Assembly (NCBI RefSeq): GCF_964204645.1
Contig: NC_134034.1
Coordinates: forward strand, 2,852,072-2,916,071
Direction: 5' to 3'
Source of the DNA: Tubulanus polymorphus
Taxonomy: Eukaryota > Animalia > Nemertea
DNA length: 64,000 bases
Below the pieces are notes generated by a model that was not told the origin of the DNA, searched no databases, and was given only the letters and a program-made list of their open reading frames with translations. Each line of letters opens with the position of its first letter. The first letter of the stretch is position 1. Below are positions 14,122-27,700 of the stretch, piece after piece. A program made the translations under genes and the position numbers.

Positions 14122-17100
14122 AAGGATGTCGCCGGCGCCGGCGGCGAGGATGCGATGACCGCGTTGCAGAAATTCATCGCCGATTACGAGTCGGATTTCA
14201 AAGACGTCGGCGACTCGAACGCGGACAAGCGTCTGTCCGACGGGAAATTCGTCGACGTTCACAAATACGTGAAGGCGACGCGTAAGAAGTCGTCGAGCGG
14301 GAGTTCCGACTGGGTTTACCCTCGTCCGCCGCCGTCACGACGCGCGTACGAGTCGAAGAGCAGACGCGTTTTCAACGATGACCTTGACGACGACGTCGAG
14401 CAGACGCGGCCGACCGAATCCGATTACGAGTGGTTGACGTCGCGTTACGACCTGCGCAAGTATCTGAAACAGTTGGACCTGAAAGAATTGGAGGTTCTGC
14501 ACAAGTATCTGACGGCGATGAAAGGCGTGTTGATCTCGCCGAGTAAGGGTCTGTTCGAATCGGCGGCGACCACCTCGTCCAACAACAACAACAACGACGA
14601 CGGCGATTATTACAACGCGACGCCCGATGATTATTTCGAATCGGGGATTCCAACCTCCTCCGCCGCCGAGAAATTACCGTTCATCAACGAAGTGATGCCC
14701 GACTCGGAATCGGCGCCGCGGCCCTCCTGGCAGCCGGAATACGACTTGCCGCCGACCGCGAGGATCGTTCCGACGGAGTTCGACGAGGATTTCGGTGAGT
14801 TGTTGGTTTTTCTTCGGGGGCGGTTTTCTTTTCGAGGTTTTGTGATCAGAGGGGTCAGTTTTTTCGAAAGTTGGTTCACCTCTTATCTAATTGGTTCGCA
14901 CTAGTGAACCCTTTCCCCTTTCAGTGCATGTGCACTGCTGATCGGGTTGGCGGATTAGTCGATATATTCTGCTCTATTAGACCCTACGCTTCCCTCTAGT
15001 ACGATTTTCAATAGATAGATGGCGAATTGGAGTTAAGATTCGCGCTATTGTAGGCCCTACAGTAGGCCCTACTACGATGAATTCCTGATAGATAATATCG
15101 AATTCCGCGAAGATTTGGACCTATGCTGATTCTAGGCTGCTTAAGTAGGCCCTATTCTTATATCAAGGACAACATAAACCCAATAGGTGGCGAACTAGTC
15201 AATACTTTGTTATCTAATAGATAGTATAGTATCTTTGCCATGTCTATAATGAATTCCTGATAGATATCCGATTAGCGAAGATTTGGACCTATGCTGATTC
15301 TAGGCTGCTTAAGTAGGCCCTATTCTTATATCTAGGACAACTTATACCCAATAGATGGCGAACTAGTCAATACTTCAGTATCTTCAATAAACTGTCGCTA
15401 GTGGGCTATTTTCTACGTAGATTCAGGCTATACGTGGTCAGGGTGTAAGAGGGGGAGGGAGGAGGGAGTTAGGGGGTCGTTGTAAATCGAAATCAGTAAT
15501 TAATTTCATCCACTATGATCTCGATGACCGGAACTAAGCTTGAGCGATGCCAATAAGACGTGGACACTGGAAGGCGGCTCGCGCAACTATTTAATAACAT
15601 CCCTCTTCCGACCGCGAGTACAGAAATATGCGGCAACGGTTCGATTTAAATTGCGATTGCCCGAAGGGAACGCGCCGGGAGGGGGGCGTCTAATTACTCG
15701 CTGAGTTGATTGCATTATGAAACGTCTTTGTCTTACGTCGTCTTGAAATATTGCAATATGACGAACACGATTACTAAACAATGCCTCGAGGCCTCGGGAT
15801 TTGAAATCAGTCCACTACGGGACCCTTCGACTCCTCGAATTCGTAATAACTCTTTCTAAATGGAAAATCCTTTAAAGGTGCTCAAAACTCCTTTGATTTT
15901 AGCAAAATGCTTGAGACTCCTCCAGAACTCCTTCAATTTTGAGAAATAGGCAATTAGATACTTTAGTTGTACATTAGACTACGCCTTAATCTATTAAGTT
16001 GGAACCAGGAATTCTTTACCCTAATAGTTTTGGTAATTTTAGTAGTGTATAGGATAGATATTTGATTACAATACCACTGAATTAATGGTTTACTTGGAAA
16101 CACAGTACCGATTTAGGAGTCGACAGTAATAAGGATATGAAAGTGATGTAGACAAAATTTGAAATTTCTCCTTTAAAACTCCTTATATCCATGAATGACT
16201 GATCCATAGGGACCCTGTTAAAACCTCTTATATCCATGAATGACTGATCTGTAGGGACCCTGTTAAAACCCCTTATATCCAGGAATGACTGACCTTTAGG
16301 GACCCTGTTTAAACTCCTTATATCCAGGAATGGCTGATTTGTAGGGACCCTGTTAAATTTCCTTATATCCAGGAATGGCTGATTTGTAGGGACCCAGTCA
16401 GAGAGGTCAGTTTTTTCAAAAGTTAGTTCACCTCTTATTTTCGCACTAGTGAACCCTTTCAGTGCATGTACACTGCAGTGCAGTGTATAAATCGGTGATG
16501 GACTGTGCTAGCAGACCACATTGCGGTGCATTGATGTAATTAGTTATTTGGTATTTTCTCTATTGAAAGATGGCATCACCTGTCAAACATAGTGAAATGT
16601 TAGGAACTAACGATACACCGCACCTCAGCGTAGATGCACTATAGTGATATAGCAGTTTCATACTTGTTGTGCACTGAGGTGGAATTTTTCATAGATTTCA
16701 AATTATCTCCGAACGCTTGAATAGTGCATCTACACCACAGTGCGGTGTATTGTCAGTCACTTATATCTCGCTGTGTTTAACAGGTGCTGCCATCTTTCAA
16801 TAGAGATAAAACCTTATAACTAATTACGCGATGCGGTGTACTAGCAAATCCCGTCACTGATTTACACGCGGCACTGCGCCCCATATATACACCCCAGTGC
16901 AGTGTAGAAGCACTGAGAGGAAGCGTTTCGGTTTAGTTGCTGTTTAGTTAGTTTTTCCGTTTGTATTCATTTTTTGTTTTTTGTTTCGTTTGTTTATTTA
17001 GATTCCGATTACGATTTGAGTAAAAGCGACGTTTTGCCGATCGACCAGATTTACGATGAAGAAAAATTCGGAAACGGTACGTAGGCGCTATTTAAGATCA

Positions 17101-20100
17101 CTTGGAGTAGAGATTTTTTTGGGGGGGGGAACGGAAGAGCGACATGACAAAATAGAATTTAGAAAAAGAATCTCCTTTACAGGCATTTTAAAACGGGAGG
17201 ATATAGGGTAAACGAAGATATGAAATTTATTTTTTATTATTCAAATATTTTAAAGAAATACGGGGACTGCAGTGAAAATCGAAAAAAAAGAGTAATTGTC
17301 TTAGTGAATATTTTTAGGGGAAAACGGATAAGATTGGCGCATGGGGAACGGGGTGGCGTGTCATTCTGGCAGCATCTTTTGACCCACTTCATAAGTTACC
17401 GATAACATTTCGCCCTTTGTTTTGCAGACATGGTCATTTTCAGGTTTATTTTCGACCAAATTTTGCCCCTGTTAATCTGAAAATTGCCAAGAATTTTCAG
17501 CAGGGTCTTACGGAAGTCTGGACCTTTCGATGGCCACTCGTCCCCTTATCAGCAGCGGGTCATTACTCAAATCAAGGAGGTTTAGGCTTGAGTCGCGAGC
17601 AAGTTCAAGTTTCCAGTTCAAATTCATTTCACGCAATGCATATGACAGGCTGTGTATACAAAGATTGATGATTTGGAGCATTATTGCCATATTCCAACTG
17701 TATCGGCATATTCCAACTGTATCGGCATATTCCAACTGTATCGGCATATTCCAACTGTATCGGCATATTCCAACTATATCGGCATATTCCAACTGTATCG
17801 GCATATTTCAACTGTATCGGCATATTCCAACTGTATCGGCATATTTCAACTGTATCGGCATATTTCAACTGTCGCGATGAAAACATCATTACATTACTAA
17901 TTAGTCAATTGATGAACAGTAGCATCTTTTGGCGTATAGGAACGGTTATCGGGTTATCGCGATGATTTCTTACACAGACGACGAATGTTTCCGTTAATTT
18001 TACACCAGCTGTGTCTGATAGTGCTGGTATAGGGGCTAGTCTGATAGTGCTGGTACAGGGGCTTGTCTGACACAGCTGGTACAGGGGCTAGTCTGATAGT
18101 GCTGATACAGGGGCTAGTCTGATAGTGCTGGTATAGGGGCTAGTCTGACAGCTGGTAGAGTTACCAGTCTGACAGAGCTGGTATAGGGGCTAGTCTGATA
18201 GTGCTGGTATTGGGGCTAGTCTGATAGTGCTGGTATAGGGGCTAGTCTGACAGCTGGTAGAGTTACCAGTCTGACAGAGCTGGTATAGGGGCTAGTCTGA
18301 TAGTGCTGGTACAGGGGCTAGTCTGACACAGCTGGTACAGGGGCTAGTCTAATAGTGCTGATACAGGGGCTAGTCTGATAGTGCTGATACAGGGGCTAGT
18401 CTGATAGTGCTGGTATAGGGGCTAGTCTGACAGCTGGTAGAGTTACCAGTCTGACAGAGCTGGTATAGGGGCTAGTCTGAGACTGCTGGTATAGGGGCTA
18501 GTCTGATACTGCTGGTGTAGGGGCTAGTCTGACACAGCTGGTAGAGTTACCAGTCTGACACAGCTGGTATAGGGGCTAGTCTGACACTGCTGGTATAGGG
18601 GCTAGTCTGAGACTGCTGGTATAGGGGCTAGTCTGATACTGCTGGTAGAGGGGCTAGTCTGACAGCTGGTAGAGTTACCAGTCTGAGACCGCTGGTATAG
18701 GGGCTAGTCTGATACTGCTGGTAGAGGGGCTAGTCTGACAGTGCTGGTATAGGGGCTAGTCTGACACTGCTGGTAGAGGGGCTAGTCTGACAGCTGGTAG
18801 AGTTACCAGTCTGAGACCGCTGGTATAGGGGCTAGTCTGATACTGCTGGTAGAGGGGCTAGTCTGACAGCTGGTAGAGTTACCAGTCTGACACAGCTGGT
18901 ATAGGGGCTAGTCTGATACTGCTGGTAGAGGGGCTAGTCTGACAGCTGGTAGAGTTACCAGTCTGAGACCGCTGGTATAGGGGCTAGTTTGAGACCGCTG
19001 GTATAGGGGCTAGTCTGATGTAGATGCACCAACAAGTGAATTCTCTAAAGCCAATCATAACCTGGAGGACAGTGTGTATATCTCTTGTAGACGGTGTGGC
19101 TGCCATCCGTAATAGGCTAATCCTATTTCCCCAACTCGGTTCCGATAATTGAGTACGGTTGGTTTTTTTGTAAGTTGATTGCGTCTCCGACGTTCTCGGT
19201 GAATGTACGCGTGTATGCATTCGTATCGACGTGATGATCCTGCCCGTCGACGAATTGGAGTCGACTCCCAATGACTTCTGACTTCATCAGTCGGTCACGA
19301 CGATCGATAGGACGCTGAAGAGCGCTGCGGTTAAGAGTTTAGCCCTTTCGATGGGCAACTCATGACCCGAACCTCTAGGGCCGGTTTTATAGACCGGTAT
19401 AACCTTTAGCCGGGGGGCTAATTCAATTCATTATCAATTGAGTTAACCTCCGGGTTAAAGGTTATACCAGTCTATAAAACAGGGCCCTGACTTGTGTGGT
19501 CATTATTACGTAGTCCAGACTTGTGTCACAAATTAAATCAAAAGACCAGTGAAGATTTGCTTGAGATTCAAAATGAGCTAAGCCAGTATCACTGGGCCGA
19601 TAAGCTTAGCCCAATCTATAATATTGAGTCCTTTTTTTAGAACTGGACCTTATTGGGCTTAGTCCGGTTTTATCATAAGTCTTTACTAGATAATTGGACC
19701 ATAATTGGCTTAGCCCGGTTTTATTGTAAGTCTTTACCATAGAGTTGGACCATAATGGGCTTAGCCCGGTCTTATTGTAAGGCTTTACCATAGAGTTGGA
19801 CTATAATGGGCTTAGCCCGGTCTTATTGTAAATCTTTACCGTAGAACTGGACCATACTGGGCTTAGCCCGGTCTTATTGTAAATCTTGATTGGATAAACT
19901 GAACCATGATAGGCTTATAATAGTGCTATAATTAGTTCTTTACGTGCAGGCATAACATATGAAACCACGGTAACGACGAGGAGTGGCACCGTTTACATCG
20001 TAGTTGACCTTTTGTCCGCGGCGTCTCGAAAAACATCTATCAAACTTAGCGGAAACCTGTATAATAAGATACGGCAACTGTGGAACTGTGGCCATAGTCA

Positions 20101-23100
20101 AATTAAACCCACACAACTGTGGAACTGGGTCCGGAGACAAATTCAACCCGCACAACTGTGGAACTGGATTCATAGTCAAATTAAACCCACACAACTGTGG
20201 AACTGGATTCAGAGACAAATTAAACCCACACAACTGTGGAACTGGATTTTCAGAGACAAATTAAACCCACACAACTGTGGAACTGGATTTTCAGAGACAA
20301 ATTAAACCCACACGACTGTGGAACTGGATTCAGAGTCAGATTAAACCCACACAATAATGCAACTGGATTCAGAGACAAATTAATCCCACACAACTGTGGA
20401 ACTGGATTCAGAGTCAAATTAAACCCACACCGCAATGCAACTGGATTCAGAGACAAATTAATCCCACACAACTGTGGAACTGGATTCAGAGACAAATTAA
20501 ACCCACACCGCAATGCAACTGGATTCAGAGACAAATTAATCCCACACAACTGTGGAACTGGATTCAGAGACAAATTAAACTCACACAACTGTGGAACTGG
20601 ATCCAGAGACAAATTAAACCCACACGACTGTGGAACTGGATTCAGAGTCAAATTAAACCCACACAATAATGCAACTGGATTCAGAGACAAATTAAACCCA
20701 CACAACTGTGGAACTGGATTCAGAGACAAATTAAACCCACACAATAATGCAACTGGATTCAGAGACAAATTAATCCCACACAACTGTGGAACTGGATTCA
20801 GAGACAAATTAAACTCACACAACTGTGGAACTGGATCCAGAGACAAATTAAACCCACACGACTGTGGAACTGGATTCAGAGTCAAATTAAACCCACACAA
20901 TAATGCAACTGGATTCAGAGACAAATTAAACCCACACAACTGTGGAACTGGATTCAGAGACAAATTAAACCCACACAATAATGCAACTGGATTCAGAGAC
21001 AAATTAATCCCACACAACTGTGGAACTGGATTCAGAGACAAATTAAACTCACAACTGTGGAACTGGATTCAGAGACAAATTAAACCCACACCGCAATGCA
21101 ACTGGATTCAGAGACAAATTAAACCCACACAACTGTGGAACTGGATCCAGAGACAAATTAAACCCACACCGCAATGCAACTGGATTCAGAGACAAATTAA
21201 TCCCACACAACTGTGGAACTGGATTCAGAGACAAATTTAACCCACACCGCAATGCAACTGGATTCAGAGACAAATTAATCCCACACAACTGTGGAACTGG
21301 ATTCAGAGACAAATTAAACTCGCACAACTGTGGAACTGGATCCAGAGACAAATTAAACCCACACGACTGTGGAACTGGATTCAGAGACAAATTAAACCCA
21401 CACAACTGTGGAACTTGATTCAGAGTTAAATTAAACCCACACAACTGGAACTGGATTCAGAGTTAAATTAAACCCACACAACTGTGGCCACTGGATTCAG
21501 ACTCAAATTAAACCCACACAACTGTGCAACTGGATTCAGAGACAAATTAAACCCACACAACTGTGCAACTGGATTCAGAGTCAAATTAAACCCACACAAT
21601 AATGCAACTGGATTCAGAGACAAATTAAACCGGCACAATATTATTCAAATTGATTCAGTAGAACAGCTCACAGATTTCTCAGTATACCAGCTGCAGCTAT
21701 TCTGATGATCCGGTGTTCACATCCTATTCATATTTAATCGCAATGATTCGTATATTTCCATGGTTACCATACATTTCTTAACTGACCGGCATACGGCTTA
21801 GTAATAACATCTTGAAATTATAATCGGGATCCAGTTACACTGTGTAATTTGCTTCCACAACAAGCTGTCAACCATCCCTGATTGTCAGGAACAGTCTCTG
21901 AAAATGGTTTACTGTTCCCTGATTGTCAGGAACAGTCTCTGAAAATGGTTTACTGTTCCCTGATTGTCAGGAACAGTCTCTGAAAATGGTTTACTGTCCC
22001 CTGATTGTCAGGAACTGTCTCTGAAAATGGTTTACTGTTCCCTGATTGTCAGGAACAGTCTTTGAAAATGGTTTACTGTTACCTGATTGTCAGGAACAGT
22101 CTCTGAAAATGGTTTACTGTTCCCTGATTGTCAGGAACAGTCTCTGAAAATGGTTTACTGTCCCCTGATTGTCAGGAACTGTCTCTGAAAATGGTTTACT
22201 GTGCCCTGATTGTCAGGAACAGTCTCTGAAAATGGTTTACTGTTACCTGATTGTCAGGAACAGTCTCTGGAAATGGTTTACTGTCCCCTGATTGTCAGGA
22301 ACTGTCTCTGAAAATGGTTTACTGTTCCCTGATTGTCAGGAACAGTCTTTGAAAATGGTTTACTGTTACCTGATTGTCAGGAACAGTCTCTGAAAATGGT
22401 TTACTGTCCCCTGATTGTCAGGAACTGTCTCTGAAAATGGTTTACTGTTCCCTGATTGTCAGGAACAGTCTCTGAAAATGGTTTACTGTCCCCTGATTGT
22501 CAGGAACAGTCTCTGAAAATGGTTTACTGTTCCCTGATTGTCAGGAACAGTCTCTGAAAATGGTTAACTGTCCCCTGATTGTCAGGAACAGTCTCTGGAA
22601 ATGGTTTACTGTTCCCTGATTGTCAGGAACAGTCACTAAAAATGGTTTACTGTTCCCTGATTGTCAGGAACAGTCTTTGAAAATGGTTTACTGTTCCCTG
22701 ATTGTCAGGAACAGTCTCTGAAAATGGTTTACTATCCCCTGATTATCAGGAACAGTCTCAGACCGTGATTTTGTACCATCCCCAATAGTCACAAACAGTC
22801 GCTGAAATAATTCAACAACCACATTTGACATAGTTTCAATGAAAGATTTGTGTTGCACTTAAGATTACACGATGCCCGTCTTTGAAGTTTTATTTCGAGC
22901 ATCCTTTCTTCCACCTCTTCCCAGCTGCTATTGTTGCAGGCATTTGTCTTTCATCGGTTCTCGGAATCATGTTAGAATGTCTGCATGTAGTTCATGTTCC
23001 TAATGACTCCACTGGTTCAGTAAGGAACCCGTTAACCCTTTCTATCAAATGTTAGAATTGAGCACGGAGTGACTACTAGTGACATCTGGTGGATCTTCTC

Positions 23101-24723
23101 TTGCCACAAGTGGAATCCTCTTTAGCTGTAGAGGTTGATGTCCTACTGCACACTAGCGACACCTGGTGCATCTTCACTTGCCACGAGGAATCCTCCATTG
23201 CCAGGTAGTTGATGTCTTATTGCATACTAGCGACATCTGGAGGATCCTCACTTGCCACAAGTAGAATCCACTATTGCCACAGTAGTTGATATCCTACTGC
23301 ACACTAGCGACACCTGGAGGATCCTCACTTGCCACAAGAGGAATCCTCACTTGCCACAAGTGGAATCCACTTTTTCCACTGTAGTCGATATCCTACTGCA
23401 CGCTAGCGACACCTGGTGGATACTCACTTGCCACAAGAGGAATCCACTTTTTCAACAGTAGTCGATATCCTACTGCACGCCAGCGACACCTGGTGGATCC
23501 TCACTTACCGCAGGTGGAATCCTCATTTACGACGGCAGCTTTCGCGTAAGGCGATTACGATTATACATCGACATCAATCTGTATTAATATTAATATCGAT
23601 ACGACAGCGGTACACGGCTCTCTAAATATCATCACTGATCGAGGCGTCAATTCCCGTTCGGAGGACGACGGTAAATGTCACGCGTCGATGATGATGAGGA
23701 CAGAACGGTGTCATCTTCGTCTTCATCTAATCTTAACAAACGTGGCGTATTTTGTGGTTTCGATTTAGAATCGACTTCGAGGCTCGACGTTCGAAATGTG
23801 AATGATATTTGACTGTTAATCGCGATTAAATGAAAATGAACTAATTTCGACTAACTATATACAGTTTAACCCTTTAGCACTCAGAAATTTCACTTTGTAG
23901 CATCTTTTACTCCTCAGAATATTCGAGAGAAATTCCACATTTATCAGATACAGAATCAGCTCATTTCCTGCTTATTTTTGTGCATTACAACTTGTGTTAT
24001 TTTGTAGTAAACGCACTATGCTTTCATTTGATATAAGATTTGATGATGTTTGGCCACCAAAACCGTGTCCTTTAGGTCGCCCGAGATTCATCCAACCTTA
24101 CTTGGATTTGAAGTTAGTTGAGCTCTCGGAACTGTCGTGTTCATACTCCAAATACTCGAGACTTTCAAACAGGTAGATATTGATTTCTGTACGGAATTCT
24201 GACGTCTTCGATGTCTAGTTTATCGTAAGCAAATAAGTTTGAATCCTATCGGAAATTTTAGTAATATAGGCAGGGTGGATGTGGGCAGGTCGGATGTGCG
24301 TAGCTTGAGGAGTAATAAGCAGAGTGGATGCAGGTTGCTTGAGTGAGTAATAGGCAGGGTGGATGTGAGTGGCTTGAGGAGTAATAGGTATGGTGGATGT
24401 GAGTGGACTGAGTGCTAATGGGTCAAATCGGTGAAAATTAAAGTTATCGAAAAAGAACCAATTTTGATTCATAAAATCGCTTAACTCTAACTCTCACAGC
24501 ACTGTTTAGGTCTCGTCAGGACTATAGTTAATTCAGGGTTCATGAATGTCCCCGCGATAGATTACGGATCATGCGGAGATGTGTTAGGTAAGAAGGTGCA
24601 CTTTAACCTTTCTCCGCTGTACGGCTGCTGTTATTCGTTTCAATTCTTTGTTGCCGCTCTGCTGTGTACACGGTAGATAAAATCGGTACGAACCGATTGT
24701 GTGAGGGGAATGACGTCTATCCA

Positions 24724-24785
<62 letters not shown>

Positions 24786-27700
24786 TTCTACTCTCCTCAA
24801 TTAAAACTGTCGATCAATATATCGCTACTGAGCGTAGGAGGACGTGTGACGCGCAGATGTCGTTAACCCTTACAGCGCCGGCGTCGCGATGAATTTCCCG
24901 CGAACGAGCGTCGCTGAGCAGCAGCGGTCTAATTCTGCCGTTGGGTCTAACTCATCGGGGAACGCTTCCTCATGGCTGGGTAAAGTTGGGCTTAGACTTC
25001 ACACTGGTGGATGACCAACTTAATATCGTAGCCAATCTACAAACTTAGAACTAGTCTAAGCTCGTTTTGATTAACAATCAACGTAAACCCAATTTTAACT
25101 TATCCTAGTTCCATAGTGCGTCTAACAACTTAAGACATAAGACATAAGACAATCTTTTGGACATAAGTGTTGTCTATACTGTAACTGAAGCTTCTGTCAG
25201 GTTCAAATCTCTGCTGATGAAGGATGTGTCTACTAGGGCAAGGGTTTGTACTGTGACAGAGTCTCACGATGTCATCAGGTTCGAATCTCTGCTGAGGGAG
25301 GATGTGTCTACTAGGGCAGGGATTTGTACTGTGACAGAGTCTCATGATGTCATCAGGTTCAAATCCCTGCTAAGGGAGGATGTGTCTACTAAGACAGGGG
25401 TTTGTACTGTGACAGAGTCTCACGATGTCATCAGGTTCGAATCTCTGCTGAGGGAGGATGTGTCTACTAGGGCAGGGATTTGTACTGTGATAGAGTCTCA
25501 TGATGTCATAAGGTTCAAATCCCTGCTGAGGGAGGATGTGTCTACTAGGACAGGGGTTTGTACTGTGTCAGAGTCTCATGATGTCATCAGGTTCAAATCT
25601 CTGCTGAGGGAGGATGTGTCTACTAGGACAGGGGTTTGTACTGTGTCAGAGTCTCATGATGTCATCAGGTTCAAATCCCTGCTGAGGGAGGATGTGTCTA
25701 CTAGGACAGGGGTTCGTACTGTGATAGAGTCTCATGATGTCATCAGGTTCAAATCTCTGCTGAGGGAGGATGTGTCTACTAGGACAGGGGTTTGTACTGT
25801 GATAGAGTCTCGTGATGTCATCAGGTTCAAATCCCTGTGAGGGAGGATGTGTCTACTAGGGGCAGAGGTTTGTACTGTGATAGAGTCTCGTGATGTCATC
25901 AGGTTTAAATCCCTGCTGAGGGAGGATGTGTCTACTAGGACAGGGGTTCGTACTGTGATAGAGTCTCGTGATGTCATCAGGTTTAAATCCCTGCTGAGGG
26001 AGGATGTGTCTACTAGGTTAGGGGTTCGTACTGTGATAGAGTCTCGTGATGTCATCAGGTTCAAATCTCTGCTGAGGGAGGATGTGTCTACTAGGACAGG
26101 GGTTTGTACTGTGTCAGAGTCTCATGATGTCATCAGGTTCAAATCCCTGCTGAGGGAGGATGTGTCTACTAGGACAGGGGTTTGTACTGTGACAGAGTAT
26201 CATGATGTCATCAGGTTCAAATCCCTGCTGAGGAAGGATGTGCCTACTAGGACAGGGGTTTGTACTGTGTCAGAGTCTCATGATGTCATCAGGTTCAAAT
26301 CCCTGCTGAGGGAGGATGTGTCTACTAGGACAGGGGTTTGTACTGTGACAGAGTCTCATGATGTCATCAGGTTCAAATCCCTGCTGATGAAGGATGTGTC
26401 TACTAGGGGCAGGGGTTTGTACTGTGACGGAGTCTTGCGATGTCATCAGGTTCAAATCCCTGCTGAGGGAGGATGTGTCTACTAGGGCAGGGGTTTGTAC
26501 TGTAACAGAGTCTCACGATGTCATCAGGTTCAAATCCCTGCTGAGGGAGGATGTGTCTACTAGGACAGGGGTTTATATACTGTGACAGAGTCTCATGATG
26601 TCATCAGGTTCAAATCCCTGCTGAGGGAGGATGTGTCTACTAGGACAGGGGTTTGTACAGTGACAGTCATCATGTCTTTAGGTTTGCCCTGGCAAAGTAG
26701 GAATGTAGCCAGTCTCGCGATGTCATCAGGTTTGAATCCCTCCGAGGGAAAAACCTGACCGAGTCTAAAGTCACCGAGTTCAAATCTGTGCAGCTGAGGG
26801 AGGATGTTGGATGGGTAAAACTCAACCATCTCGCTGAACCGGTAAACCAGAGGAGATGAGATAATCCTTTGCGGTAAGACTGCTACTGATAAGTCCTACT
26901 GATGACGTTGGATTGGTTGCGAAAGTTTGTGGACTTCGATTATAGCGAGCGATATCGTAGGATTAAGGAAATGATATTTATGGCAGACGGAGTGTGCAGA
27001 CGCACGTTGAGTGTGTTCAGGTAATGAAGGGTTTGACAGCTGCTAAGATAACAGGCTTATACAATCAATCTGTAACACGGAACCACCCACACAACACATA
27101 CGTTATACACTATGAAGTGTGGACGATCACTTTTGAAAGTGAGCTGATAAAATGTCTAATATCTGGTGTTTGTAGTTCATTTTCAATTAGAAATGTCTCA
27201 GGTGAAGCACTGTACACATGTGAAGTGTGGATGATCAGTTTTTGAAAGTGTGCTGATAAAATGTCTGATGTCTGGTGTTTGTAGTTCATTTTCAATTAGA
27301 AATGTCTCAGGTGAAGCACTGAACACAAGTGAAGTGTGGACGATCAGTTTTTGAGAAAGTGTGCTGATAAAATGTTGAATGTCTGGTGTTTGTAGTTCAT
27401 TTCCGATCAAAAATGTCTCAGTTGAAGCACTGAACACAAGTGAAGTGTGGACGATCAGTTTCTGAAAGTAGGCTGATCAAGTATCCAATGTCTTGTGTTT
27501 GTAGTTCATTTTCGATTAAAAATGGAAAATCTAGAAATTATCGAGTTTATATTTAGCCGTCGCATTCGTGGCATTCTTTACGCGGCACAAATTATCGCGC
27601 GAATCTCGAAATGAATCTAAATGAATCTAAACGGCCGTAGTTCGTGCCGGTTGTTTATCGCCTATAATGAATAGGAAAATGGCTCTTCCGGCGGCTGGTG

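Noticed and set aside
13744-14904. 386-aa ORF as a stand-alone single-exon gene
   Set aside because: Its ends are intronic read-through; strong splice sites at 13784 and 14794 link it in frame to neighbouring exons.
20236-21240. 334-aa ORF and similar long ORFs (25157-26485, 6193-7728, 5008-5868, 17508-17965)
   Set aside because: They are translations of tandem repeats with stop-free units; there are no splice or domain signals, and frameshifts occur between units.
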